64,000 bases of DNA, taken from the NCBI GenBank assembly GCA_965231815.1, contig OZ246890.1:2577388-2641387 (forward strand), written 5' to 3'. Made by a program: the position numbers and the translations under genes. This DNA is from Acidimicrobiia bacterium (GTDB lineage Bacteria > Actinomycetota > Acidimicrobiia > Spongiisociales > Spongiisociaceae). The notes under the pieces were generated by a model. It did not search any database, had not been told where the DNA came from, and was given only the letters and a program-made list of their open reading frames with translations. Positions 1 to 9,748 of this stretch are shown here, in pieces; positions within the stretch are counted from its first letter, which is position 1, and every line of letters begins with the position of its first letter.

Positions 1-242
1 TCGCCATCGCGCTCGTCTACTTCGGCGCTTGGCGACCGATCGGCGTGATGGCAGGGGCTATGGTCTTCGGCCTGGTATCAGCAACGGTGTTGCAGTGGAA
101 AACCCTCGGAATAGTGGTGGGTACGACCGCCAGCATCGTGGGGATGTTCCCCGCGGTGCTCACCATCCTGGTGCTGGTGCTGGTTTCCCGCCGTACCGGC
201 CAACCCTCGGCGCTTACTCGGCCTTTCCAGAGAGGTCATTGA
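1..242 (+). CDS. ABC transporter permease, C-terminal fragment (gene starts upstream of window)
   Basis: Hydrophobic ORF tail (…LVSATVLQWKTLGIVVGTTASIVGMFPAVLTILVLV…) ending 4 nt before a dual-NBD ABC ATPase, the layout seen in BMP-family sugar/nucleoside ABC systems. Confidence 0.5.
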   Translation, partial: AIALVYFGAWRPIGVMAGAMVFGLVSATVLQWKTLGIVVGTTASIVGMFPAVLTILVLVLVSRRTGQPSALTRPFQRGH

Positions 243-246
243 CGAT

Positions 247-1782
247 ATGGAATCGGTGCCCACCCAGCAACCTCTCGTCGAAATGGAGGGAATCACCAAG
301 CGGTTCCCGGGGGTGATCGCCAACGAAGCGGTTGACTTCGACATCCGTCCCGGCGAAGTACACACCCTCCTGGGTGAGAACGGAGCAGGCAAGAGCACCC
401 TGATGAACGTCCTTTATGGCCTCTACCACGCCGACGAGGGAGAGATCAGGCTGCGTGGGAAACCCACGATCATCAACTCCCCTTCCGCTGCCATAGGAAA
501 CGGCATCGGGATGATCCACCAACACTTCATGCTGGTTCCCACCCTCACCGTGGCCGAGAACGTCGCACTCGGGCTCCCCTCCGCTCGACGACTCCTGCAG
601 GACCTGAAACCCGTCCAGGAACGGATCCGGGAATTGTCGGAGACCTATGGCCTGCATGTCGATCCGGATGCCTACATCTGGCAGTTGGCGGTCGGTGAAC
701 GTCAGCGGGTCGAGATAATGAAAGCGATATACCGGGACGTCTCGGTCTTGATCCTCGACGAGCCGACCTCGGTACTCACACCCAGCGAAGTGGACGACCT
801 GTTCATAACCTTGCGCCAGATGACCGAAGGCGGGCGCGGGCTGGTGTTCATCTCTCACAAACTGCACGAGGTGATGAACCTTTCCGATCGGATAACCGTC
901 CTCAGAGGCGGTCGCGTGACAGGCCGGACCACCCCCGCCGAGTCGAGCAGGGAAGGGTTGGCCCACATGATGGTGGGTCGCGAGGTCCGGTTGGCGCCTA
1001 GGAGGGGTGAATCCGAAACCGGTCAGCCTCGCATATCGATCAACGGTCTACAAGTTCTCGGTGATCGAGGAACCCCTGCGGTGGAAGGGTTGGAACTCGA
1101 AGTACGGAGCGGGGAAGTAGTGGGAATCGCAGGCGTCTCCGGCAACGGCCAGCGTGAACTCGCCGAGGCGTTGTCCGGCTTGCGCCCGGCCGCATCCGGA
1201 CAAATCGTGATGAACGGTATAGATACCACGCACAAGACACCGAAAGAGATCCGCCGGCTCGGGGTTTCATACATTCCCGAGGAACGGATGCGCGACGGCA
1301 CGATCGGGGAGTTCAGCGTCGCTGAGAACCTGATACTTACTAACCATGACCTCCCGCCGACCAGCCGGAGAGGCTTCCTCAACTTCAACGAGATCGAGAC
1401 TTCATGTTCAACTCTCGTGGAACGATTCACTGTCAAGACCCCTTCGCTGGAAACGACCACCTCCAACCTGTCGGGAGGCAACATCCAGAAGCTGATCATC
1501 GCCCGCGAACTATCGGGGGATCCAAAGGTGCTGATCGCCGCCCAGCCAACCCGCGGGGTCGATATCGGCGCAGCTGAATACATCCATTCCGTGCTGATGG
1601 ACCGTCGCAGCGAGGGGACGGCCATCCTGCTGATTTCCGAAGACTTGGACGAAGTGATCGGGCTCTCGGACCGGATAGCCGTGATGTTCGAGGGTCGAAT
1701 CATGGGCATCCTCGACCGTGAAGAGGCCACCGTGCACCGCTTGGGCCTCCTGATGGCGGGTGTGTCCGAACAGGAATCCTGA
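247..1782 (+). CDS. ABC transporter ATP-binding protein with two nucleotide-binding domains (BMP/ribose-type importer ATPase)
   Basis: Walker A GENGAGKST, LSGG-like signatures and a second NBD (GVSGNGQ…LSGGNIQK); 511 aa; ATG preceded by the upstream gene stop. Confidence 0.9.
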   Translation: MESVPTQQPLVEMEGITKRFPGVIANEAVDFDIRPGEVHTLLGENGAGKSTLMNVLYGLYHADEGEIRLRGKPTIINSPSAAIGNGIGMIHQHFMLVPTLTVAENVALGLPSARRLLQDLKPVQERIRELSETYGLHVDPDAYIWQLAVGERQRVEIMKAIYRDVSVLILDEPTSVLTPSEVDDLFITLRQMTEGGRGLVFISHKLHEVMNLSDRITVLRGGRVTGRTTPAESSREGLAHMMVGREVRLAPRRGESETGQPRISINGLQVLGDRGTPAVEGLELEVRSGEVVGIAGVSGNGQRELAEALSGLRPAASGQIVMNGIDTTHKTPKEIRRLGVSYIPEERMRDGTIGEFSVAENLILTNHDLPPTSRRGFLNFNEIETSCSTLVERFTVKTPSLETTTSNLSGGNIQKLIIARELSGDPKVLIAAQPTRGVDIGAAEYIHSVLMDRRSEGTAILLISEDLDEVIGLSDRIAVMFEGRIMGILDREEATVHRLGLLMAGVSEQES

Positions 1783-2021
1783 CCGAAACGGCGCGCCAAC
1801 CAGTCTGATACCGATCCCACAACCCACCCGAGTAAGGGTGGGTGGAGTACCTGTTCCCGGCCCGGGGCGCCTACGCGACGCTCAAGCCCGCGTTTATGTC
1901 GAATCGGGGGGACTCATACCGGAGGAGCGTCAGTCGGAGCGGAACTACATTCCAACGGTCCGTATCTATCTCGGCGGTAGCCTCATGGCGGGGGATGGGT
2001 GGATTCGTCTTGGCGGTTGGA

Positions 2022-3017
2022 CTATGTGGGACGTGTGGTGAGGTTATCGAGTGGTTCGCCGATGGCTAGGTCGATGTTGGCTACGTGGTCACGTAGCTGG
2101 TTGACGGCTGTTCTGAATTGTGGCGGGTTTGATGGTTCAACTCCGTGACGAGCGACCCGTTTCACCGTTGCCATCGCAACTTCTACGGCGATGGACACCA
2201 TGGCCGCCGTGAATCCGGGTGTGGCGATCTCTTGGGCGGTCATGCCTCCGGTCAATGACGTGTAAGTACCTTTGGTGCGCCACATGCTGATGTAGCCGGG
2301 GGTCTTGACCAATCGGGGAGCCGTGGTCATCAAGGTGAGCATGGCGTCTCGCTCCTCAAGGGGCAGCGCGTCGGCTAGGGTTTCTACATCGTGGTCGTGC
2401 AATACCTTGGCTTGGACTCCGGTGAGTGTCCCGACTGCTTTGAGGGAGCCCTCCACTGCTAGGTGTGCCGCCTCGCATAACCCGATCATCCGGGCGGACG
2501 CAAGCCACTCACGCTCACCGCGGTCAGCCGTTTGCAGTTCATCGCGGGAGGGCCACCGCAAGCCGAGTATCTTGGCGAGTTGCCCAAATACGTCGTGGAG
2601 GCGCTGAGTAGCCAATTGTTCGTTTGAAGTGGCCATACTCTGCTCCTTGTCCCAGTCCACCGCCGTGGGTGATGGGCGATCTGCCAGCAGTATTAGATCC
2701 TCCCCGATAGCCGCCGCAAACGACGCAGACACTCGCTGTCTCTGTACCCGCCACTCGGGCCGGTCGGTGACCATCACATCCACCGGTCTACCTGCCGCTG
2801 CCGAAGCCGCCTTGCGTAACTCGTTCTCGATCCGCCACCGGTCCCGGTAGTTCAGATCGTCCAGTACCGCCACCAGATCGATATCGCTCCAAGCGTGCTC
2901 CTCTCCCCGAGCCAACGACCCGAACAACCACACCTGCCCTGCGCCTGCCGCCACCAAAGCCTCTCCGGCTCGCCGAGCATCCCGCAAAGTCGGTGTTTCC
3001 ACCACTGCAACAGCCAT
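2022..3017 (-). CDS. nucleotidyltransferase-domain protein (MNT-like, GS…DIDL motif) with a C-terminal alpha-helical HEPN-like extension
   Basis: N-terminal LFGSLARGEEHAWSDIDLVAVL matches the Pol-beta/minimal nucleotidyltransferase GS-x(n)-DxD signature; ~230 aa helical C-terminal region; 331 aa. Confidence 0.6.
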   Translation of the reverse strand: MAVAVVETPTLRDARRAGEALVAAGAGQVWLFGSLARGEEHAWSDIDLVAVLDDLNYRDRWRIENELRKAASAAAGRPVDVMVTDRPEWRVQRQRVSASFAAAIGEDLILLADRPSPTAVDWDKEQSMATSNEQLATQRLHDVFGQLAKILGLRWPSRDELQTADRGEREWLASARMIGLCEAAHLAVEGSLKAVGTLTGVQAKVLHDHDVETLADALPLEERDAMLTLMTTAPRLVKTPGYISMWRTKGTYTSLTGGMTAQEIATPGFTAAMVSIAVEVAMATVKRVARHGVEPSNPPQFRTAVNQLRDHVANIDLAIGEPLDNLTTRPT

Positions 3018-3271
3018 GTGTTCATTCTACGAGCCCCGTCACCCCGGAGGAGGTCACTGTGCACCGCTTAGGCCTACTGACGGCGAGTGCGCGATAGGTC
3101 GCATTGCCTATCGCCCTCTCTCCAACCGGGCAGGCATAGGCGGTAAGTGATTAGACACCCCGTCCTGGCTACCTGAAGACCTATATAGTTATTAACGTTC
3201 CGTAACTACTATCCTGTTGTGTTCGAGGGGACCTGACCCATTCCACACCCGACAGGGAGGTAGCAGAAGCG

Positions 3272-3688
3272 ATGGGAGAAATCGTCGTCAACGTCGAGGT
3301 TCAGAACGCGGTAGACCGCGAGATGGTCACGAGGGGAGACCTGCGGGAGATCGAAGTCCGCCGTGCTGCGTTTGATGCTGTAGTAGATACGGGCGCCCTG
3401 ATGCTCGCGCTGCCCGAGGATGTTGTAGACCGACTCGGAGTATCTATCGTGGATCACGAGACCGTCACCTACGCGGACGGTCGCCGTGGCGATCTGCCGA
3501 TCGCCGGTCCGATGACCATTCACATAGGTGACCGTTGGACGTTCGCTAGCTGCTTGGTGATACCGGCGGGCGCCGACCCGCTTGTCGGCCAACTCGTGCT
3601 GGAGGGACTAGATCTGATCGCCGATTGCCGCAATCAGACGTTGGGTCCCCGGCTTGGCACGGCGGACATGCCGGTGTTCAGGTTGTGA
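3272..3688 (+). CDS. retropepsin-like (clan AA) aspartic protease
   Basis: 138-aa ORF containing the VDTGA catalytic motif typical of bacterial retropepsin-like aspartyl proteases; GGAGG RBS upstream. Confidence 0.6.
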   Translation: MGEIVVNVEVQNAVDREMVTRGDLREIEVRRAAFDAVVDTGALMLALPEDVVDRLGVSIVDHETVTYADGRRGDLPIAGPMTIHIGDRWTFASCLVIPAGADPLVGQLVLEGLDLIADCRNQTLGPRLGTADMPVFRL

Positions 3689-3745
3689 GCCCACAAAACT
3701 ACCAAGACCAGAACATCTGGACACAATCGACTTCGTTAGACCGTC

Positions 3746-4105
3746 TTACGGGTATAGAGACTCCAAGGTGGACAATAGGTCACCGACCTGCCTGAGATAG
3801 TCCTCGACATTCTCACGCGGCAGCCAGCCTTCGTAGAAATTGGTATGCAATGCAGCGGCCGCGGTGAAAGCGGTTCGCATCTGCTGGTTGCCGGTCTCGG
3901 CGACCAGGCGATTCACGATACTCCACAGTTGGTGATGCCCGTTGTGGGGCCATCCTCTGGCTTCGGCAACGCTCTTGACCATCTGGGCGGCAGCGCCCCA
4001 ACCCTTCTCGGAGGCTTGCAGCAGGTCGTCCTCCGCCAGACAAGTTCGGGCTCTGGTGAGGAACTCACGTCCGGTAGCGTTGTAGTAGCGTGTACGGGTA
4101 GTCAT
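3746..4105 (-). CDS. PaREP1-like HEPN-superfamily protein
   Basis: 119 aa; QASEKGWGAAAQMVKSVAEARGW…HNGHHQLW…LHTNFYEGWL closely resembles the PaREP1 (HEPN superfamily) signature ASEKLWGAAA…H…LHxNFYE. Confidence 0.55.
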   Translation of the reverse strand: MTTRTRYYNATGREFLTRARTCLAEDDLLQASEKGWGAAAQMVKSVAEARGWPHNGHHQLWSIVNRLVAETGNQQMRTAFTAAAALHTNFYEGWLPRENVEDYLRQVGDLLSTLESLYP

Positions 4106-4204
4106 TACAATACTATACCTGTATCCATACCGTTAATGATCTCTACCATCAGCGAACTGGTGTTCTAGCCTCTCACGGCCCTAGCATTGGGAGAAGTCCG
4201 CTGA

Positions 4205-5188
4205 TTGGACAGGTCGAATAGAGGGCTCATGAACCTCCGGCATCGTGGCCCTATAGAATCCTACGCAGAGAAGTTCTTTGCCTCGCGCTATGTCATCTGG
4301 GGGCTCGTGCTGGCTATCAGCTTCGGGTGGGGTACGTCGCCGATAGCCATCCGTATCGCTTTGCGGGAGGGTTTGGACCCGCTAACCGTGGCGTCGGGCT
4401 CTGCCTTGATAGCCGCGACAGCCATCCTGGCGCTCACAGGGGGATTGCGGAAAGGCAAACTACTCGGACCTCTCGAATGGAAGGTCGGAGGGGCACTTTC
4501 GATCCTGGCCATCCTGCTGCCGTACCAGGCGCGCAACCTGGCTCTCGAGATATCGTCAGCCGGTTTCGTATCTTTAGTCAACGCGCTGGTCCCGCTCGGG
4601 ACAGCGGTAGTGGCTCATTTCATGCTGTCAACCGAGCGCCTCACAGCTCCCATCCTGGTAGGCCTCATGCTCGGTCTCGGTGGAGTATCTGTGCTACTTC
4701 TCGGCGGAGACTCGGGGCTAACCGAAGGTGGAAACCCACTTCGGGCAGGCATGTTAGGCCTGGCAAATGTGGTGTCGGTTTCCTTCGCGAGCGTCTACGC
4801 CAAGCGCTACGCCGGTGAATACTCGGTCCTGGCTGTTACCGCAGTCCAGTTGTCGCTGGGAGGCGCAGGTCTCGCTCTGGTGGCTCTTATGATCGAAGGC
4901 TTCCCGGTTGGAGCTTCGACGGTCGGCGCCATGAGCGTGGTCTACGTCGGCTTGATCGGAAACCTGCTACCCCTGGCCCTCTACTTCCTCCTGATCCGGT
5001 TTGTTACCGTGACCTACGCCACGATCATCGCCTATATCGTGCCGTTTATAGCGGTAATCGGCGGGGTCGTGCTACTGGACGAACAGATACAACGGGGAAT
5101 AGTCGCCGGGGGGATACTTGTCCTACTCAGCGTGGTAGTTACCGACCTGGTCCGTGCTCGCGACCTCCGCCGTAGAGGGACCACCTGA
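4205..5188 (+). CDS. EamA/DMT-family transporter (start may be an internal ATG near 4229)
   Basis: 10-TMS hydrophobic profile; two EamA-like halves; paralogous to the next gene. Confidence 0.8.
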   Translation: MDRSNRGLMNLRHRGPIESYAEKFFASRYVIWGLVLAISFGWGTSPIAIRIALREGLDPLTVASGSALIAATAILALTGGLRKGKLLGPLEWKVGGALSILAILLPYQARNLALEISSAGFVSLVNALVPLGTAVVAHFMLSTERLTAPILVGLMLGLGGVSVLLLGGDSGLTEGGNPLRAGMLGLANVVSVSFASVYAKRYAGEYSVLAVTAVQLSLGGAGLALVALMIEGFPVGASTVGAMSVVYVGLIGNLLPLALYFLLIRFVTVTYATIIAYIVPFIAVIGGVVLLDEQIQRGIVAGGILVLLSVVVTDLVRARDLRRRGTT

Positions 5189-5282
5189 ATGCTGTGTTCT
5201 CCGGTGTTTCCATCCCGCACGAGTTCCCGACGGCTGTTGCCTACGCGATCGGTCACGTCCCCTTGAGTATCTTCGGGTCGGC

Positions 5283-6200
5283 ATGACCGGACGAGTTACA
5301 AGTCGCCATATCTGGACTGTCGTTCTGTTGATCAGCCTCGGCTGGGGTACCTCTCCGGTGGTGGTACGGGTCGCTCTCCGGGAGGGCCTCGGACCGTTCA
5401 CCATCGCTGCCGCCGGGTCTGTCATCGCCGCCATCGGGATGGCGATTGTGTTGATCGTGCTACGACGCCCAAACCTGATCGGACCGAGCGAACTACGTAT
5501 CGGCGCCGTGCTGTCGGTGTTGAGCGTGCTGATCCCGGCGCAGACTCGCAGTCTGGCGCTACAACATGCTTCCGCCGGTTTCGTCATACTTATGAATGTT
5601 CTTATTCCCATCGTCACCGTGGTTTTCGCACACTTCATGCTGGCCGACGAGAAGATCAGGTTGAGCACGGTGATCGGGCTGCTGCTCGGCTTGGCAGGGG
5701 CAGCCATTCTCGTTCTGGGTGGGGATTCCGGAATCGCCGAGGGAGGCAACCCTCGCCTGGCGGGATTTTTCTCCATGATCAGGATCGTCGCGATCGGTCT
5801 CGGGGCGGTCTTTGCCAAGCGCTACTCCGGTCGGTACTCGGTACTGGGTGTAACCGGAGTGCAGCTCGGACTGGGTGCCGTAGGTTTGACCCTTTCCGCT
5901 CTGGTCATCGAAGGGATCCCCGTTGCTGTAACCGGAATCGGCGGCCTGAGCCTCCTGTATGTTGGTACGATCGGATCGCTGCTGCCTCTCGTGCTGTATT
6001 ACTTCCTGCTCCGGCACGTCACCGTTACGTACTCCACGATCATCTCCTACACCATCCCGCTCGTAGCGGTGTCAACCGGAATCGTCGCGCTGGGGGAACA
6101 ACTCCAGCCCGGCCTGATTCTCGGCGGCGGGCTGGTAGTAGCGGCGGTGGTGGTGAAAGACCTCCTACGCACCAGGGAAGCCAACCGACCCGCCGGTTGA
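5283..6200 (+). CDS. EamA/DMT-family transporter (tandem paralog)
   Basis: ~45% identical to the previous gene (GWGTSP…VRVALREGL); start taken at ATG 5283 (MTGRVTSRH…); the ORF-track extension to 5154 overlaps the previous gene. Confidence 0.8.
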   Translation: MTGRVTSRHIWTVVLLISLGWGTSPVVVRVALREGLGPFTIAAAGSVIAAIGMAIVLIVLRRPNLIGPSELRIGAVLSVLSVLIPAQTRSLALQHASAGFVILMNVLIPIVTVVFAHFMLADEKIRLSTVIGLLLGLAGAAILVLGGDSGIAEGGNPRLAGFFSMIRIVAIGLGAVFAKRYSGRYSVLGVTGVQLGLGAVGLTLSALVIEGIPVAVTGIGGLSLLYVGTIGSLLPLVLYYFLLRHVTVTYSTIISYTIPLVAVSTGIVALGEQLQPGLILGGGLVVAAVVVKDLLRTREANRPAG

Positions 6201-6269
6201 AAGTCGAGCGCCGGCGGCGGTGGCGAAATTGGGAGGGGGCCGGCGACTGCTACGGTCATTCCCGTCTTT

Positions 6270-7316
6270 GTGAGTGACCACGTTCTGGGAGGAAAGTTGA
6301 AAGCGGCCGTTATCACGGGGCCCGGACAGGTCGAACTACGAAATGAGCCCTACCCGGTTCCGCAAGAAGATCAGTTACTGGTCGACATAGCTGCTTGCGG
6401 GGTCTGCACCTTTGAGCGGCGCCTTTTTTCAGGCGCCAAACCGTGGTACCCGCTGTCGCCCGGTCACGAGATTGCCGGAGTCGTGGTGGGCGCCGGATCT
6501 GAGGTGGATGGTCTAGCCGGATCCCCCCAGGTCGGCGATCAGGTAACTATGGATCTGATGACCAGGTGCATGACCTGTGGACCATGCCGGCGGGGCCGGA
6601 CGGCCCAATGTCGGCACCGGCAGGGCAGAACTCTCTCGGACGGAACCTTCAGCATGGGCGGCTTGACGGAGACAATCGCTATCGACGCCAGATCAACCTA
6701 TCCGGTGGGCGACGCTCGACCGACTCACGCCGCAATGGGCGAACCGATAGCGTGCTGCTTGCATTCGCTCCGCCGGGGAGGATTCCAGTCCGGTGACCGG
6801 GTGGCCATCATCGGCGGCGGCTTCATGGGAAGGCTGCACTTGGCCCTCACCAGAATCGAGGGCGCGGCGAGTATCGGTGTGGTCGATCCCTCCGATCAAC
6901 GCAGGGCGGAGGCGGCCGGCGCCGGCGCCGACTGGGTTGCGACTCCGGAGGACGCTCTCCGGGTGGGCGGCCCCCAGGATGTGGTCTTCGTCGCCGCGAT
7001 GGGTGGGGTAGGCCGAGCGATCAAACTAGCGGATGCCGGTGGGACGGTGGTTCTTTACAGCTCCTTCGATCCTGATCTGGAAGTCCGTATCGGCGCCCAC
7101 AGAATGCACAGGCACGAGGTGTCTGTCGTAGGTGTATACAACCAGGAACCGGAGGACTGGAAGGACACGTCGGCCATTCTTCGATCCGGGCTGCTTGCTT
7201 CGGACCTCGACAGGCTGATCACCGGCAGCTACCCGCTAAACAGGGTCGATGAAGCTCTGGATCTGGTTGTCTCCCAGCCCACCTACCGGGTGTTCATCGA
7301 ACCCGGGCGGAGTTAA
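6270..7316 (+). CDS. zinc-dependent alcohol/polyol dehydrogenase (MDR family; sorbitol/threonine dehydrogenase-like)
   Basis: GHEIAGVV, C-x2-C-x2-C structural-zinc cluster (CMTCGPCRRG) and GGGFMG Rossmann motif; GTG start at 6270 or TTG at 6294 (MKAAVITG). Confidence 0.85.
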   Translation: MSDHVLGGKLKAAVITGPGQVELRNEPYPVPQEDQLLVDIAACGVCTFERRLFSGAKPWYPLSPGHEIAGVVVGAGSEVDGLAGSPQVGDQVTMDLMTRCMTCGPCRRGRTAQCRHRQGRTLSDGTFSMGGLTETIAIDARSTYPVGDARPTHAAMGEPIACCLHSLRRGGFQSGDRVAIIGGGFMGRLHLALTRIEGAASIGVVDPSDQRRAEAAGAGADWVATPEDALRVGGPQDVVFVAAMGGVGRAIKLADAGGTVVLYSSFDPDLEVRIGAHRMHRHEVSVVGVYNQEPEDWKDTSAILRSGLLASDLDRLITGSYPLNRVDEALDLVVSQPTYRVFIEPGRS

Positions 7317-8632
7317 TGACCACCGTCGCGGTAGCCGGGGTCGACATCGGTAGCAACGCCATCCGCAGCGTTGCCATCGATCGTCACGGTCACATCGTTG
7401 CTACATCCACCAGAGTCGTTAGTCAGAAGGCCGGCTGGTTGCCGGACGGCGCGGTCGATCCGGACGTATGGCTCCACAGTCTCGGCGCCGTCATGCAGGA
7501 CCTGGGTAACGCCATACGGATTCGAGCGTTGTGTATCGGAGGGCAGGGTCCTACCACTGTGGCCTCATCCGGGGAGCAGGCACTTACCTACCGCCATCCG
7601 TCCGGCGCCAACGAGCGCCCGGTTCTCCAACACGCCGCCCAGGCCGAGGAGCTGCTCCGACGGTTCGGGCCGGGTACGACTCCCCGTTTGATGTGGGACT
7701 TTCTCCTGACCCGCTTGGGTGGCGCCTCGGGAGTACAGAGTGTTTGGCCGACGATGGACCCGCTTCCCGGCTTCGGTACACCGGTACCGGTCGGAACCGG
7801 TGTGGGAGTCTCATCCGGAACTTACGGTATCCCGCCCGGCATCACCCTGGCGCCGGGCGCCAACGATGCCTTCCTTACTTCATGGGGATGCGCCATAGAT
7901 ATGCCGGGACTCGGTTTCGATCCCGGCGGACGCAGCGGTGGGCTCGGGGTTGCAGTTGCTGCCGGTGAGCACCGGGTACCGGCAGAGGATGCGCTTCCTG
8001 GGCATGTCGCCGGGATAGAACTCGTCGGCGGCCCGGTGGCTTCTCACGGGGCGATGCTCGAGTGGTGGGCAAGCATCGTTGGTCGTCCTATCCCGGACCT
8101 GATCGGTTCCGCGGCCGGCGTGCCACCGGGATCACATGGGGTAGCAGTCCTACCTTTCCTGGAGGGCGAACGCGCTCCCCGTTGGGAACCGGGATTGAGA
8201 GCCGAGGTAATCGGCCTCGGTTCGGATACCGGAGTGGATGTCGTGACCCGAGCTCTGCTCGAGTCGACCGCCTACGGATTAGCCCACATTGCGGCGGGGC
8301 TGGCCGAACAGGGGGTCGAACTCGACCGGGTGGTTTGCTCGGGGAGCCCCGCGCAGAGTGATCTGTGGACCTCGATCAAGGCCGCGGTGCTCGGGGTTTC
8401 TATTGACGTGCCGGATTGTATACATATGGCCGCCTACGGCGCCGCCCTCGGGGCCGGATCATCTCTCGGGTGGTGGCCACTACCCGGGGAGGGGAGTTCG
8501 GGTGACTGGCCGACGCCGGGCGTCCGCACGTTCGATCCTGAACCGCGGCCCGAGTACGAGGAAGGATTGCGCCGGTTCATCGCTCTTGGTAACGCCGCGA
8601 CCGCCCGACTCCACGAGCCTTCGAGAATGTGA
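7316..8632 (+). CDS. FGGY-family carbohydrate kinase (short form)
   Basis: N-terminal GVDIGSNAIR (FGGY phosphate-1), LPFLEGERAPRWEP and ESTAYGL motifs; ATG overlaps the upstream TAA (TAATG). Confidence 0.7.
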   Translation: MTTVAVAGVDIGSNAIRSVAIDRHGHIVATSTRVVSQKAGWLPDGAVDPDVWLHSLGAVMQDLGNAIRIRALCIGGQGPTTVASSGEQALTYRHPSGANERPVLQHAAQAEELLRRFGPGTTPRLMWDFLLTRLGGASGVQSVWPTMDPLPGFGTPVPVGTGVGVSSGTYGIPPGITLAPGANDAFLTSWGCAIDMPGLGFDPGGRSGGLGVAVAAGEHRVPAEDALPGHVAGIELVGGPVASHGAMLEWWASIVGRPIPDLIGSAAGVPPGSHGVAVLPFLEGERAPRWEPGLRAEVIGLGSDTGVDVVTRALLESTAYGLAHIAAGLAEQGVELDRVVCSGSPAQSDLWTSIKAAVLGVSIDVPDCIHMAAYGAALGAGSSLGWWPLPGEGSSGDWPTPGVRTFDPEPRPEYEEGLRRFIALGNAATARLHEPSRM

Positions 8633-8674
8633 CGCGAGCCCGGCCGTCCGCCTTGACCAAAGGAGAAACGCAAC

Positions 8675-9460
8675 ATGGAATCAGTCTCGTCCGCAGTCGG
8701 CGCCGGGAAACGGCGCCGGGCCGCGCGCTTCGTCGGTGATAACGGCCGAGCGATGCTGGTGGCTATCGACCTGCAATCCGCCACCGGAACCGGACCTTCC
8801 CCACACGTGGTTCGTGAGGTAGCGGTGGGACGTCCGAACGGGATCCTGGTTACCTGGCAGATAGCGCGCCGTTATCCGGAGTCATTCGCCCGATGCGGTC
8901 TGCTGCTGAGAGTGGATGGGGCCGGCAACCTTTTCGGAGATCCCACCGTCACCGATGAACTCAGCCTCATGTACCGAGCTGAACAGGCGGCCGTTATAGG
9001 CGCCGACGGGGTGGTGATCATGGCCTATCCCGGGATGGAGGGGGGCGCTGCGTCGCTGCGGCGGCTGGCCGCCTTGGTGGGTGAATGCGAAAGGATCGGA
9101 ATGCCGGTCATCGCCGAATCCATTCCGGGTGGTTGGGGTCAGGATGTGCCGTGGGATGCGGAGCATATCGGTCGCGCCGCGCGGATATGCGTCGAGATCG
9201 GCGCCGATGCGATCAAGACGATGGCCCCACCCGACCCGGCCGACCTCCCCGGAGTAATCGAGAACTGCGAAGCGCCGTTATTCGTTCTGGGTGGCCCGAA
9301 GCGAGACAACGAGGACGACGCGGTGTCCTATGCCCGCCGGGTAGTGGAAGCCGGAGCGTCGGGGATAGTGTTCGGACGTAACGTGTGGGCCGCCGACGAT
9401 CCGACGACAATGGTGCGTCGTCTTTATGCGGCAGTGCATGGACACCAGAGGAACAGATGA
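8675..9460 (+). CDS. class I aldolase of the DeoC/LacD (DhnA-type) family
   Basis: 261 aa; IGADAIKT, VLGGPK and GASGIVFGRNVW motifs typical of DhnA-type class I FBP aldolases / ADH-synthase family; AGGAG RBS. Confidence 0.7.
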   Translation: MESVSSAVGAGKRRRAARFVGDNGRAMLVAIDLQSATGTGPSPHVVREVAVGRPNGILVTWQIARRYPESFARCGLLLRVDGAGNLFGDPTVTDELSLMYRAEQAAVIGADGVVIMAYPGMEGGAASLRRLAALVGECERIGMPVIAESIPGGWGQDVPWDAEHIGRAARICVEIGADAIKTMAPPDPADLPGVIENCEAPLFVLGGPKRDNEDDAVSYARRVVEAGASGIVFGRNVWAADDPTTMVRRLYAAVHGHQRNR

Positions 9461-9748
9461 CCGAACCCGACAAACGGTGCCGTATAGCGAGCCCGGATGC
9501 TGAGCGACCTTGTTCTGAGCTCGGAGCACCGGACTTTCCCGGCCGGGAATCGGCTACTCAAACTATCAGTCTCTCGCGGCGCCGAATCCGGCTTGTTCTC
9601 GGCAGGTATTCTAGGAGGGATTCGTTCAATCGGGATACAAGCTCTCGACGTTCGGTTACCGGAAACCGTCGAGTGTGGCCACAACACTCGATCGAATGAA
9701 ACACATGAAACGTTGCGATTATCTCGACCTTGACGGGAGTACGAAGCC

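Noticed and set aside
1822-1845. Hairpin CCACCC-N10-GGGTGG just after the ABC ATPase stop, considered as a Rho-independent terminator
   Set aside because: No downstream T-tract and a long 10-nt loop. May still be a weak terminator, but not confidently callable.
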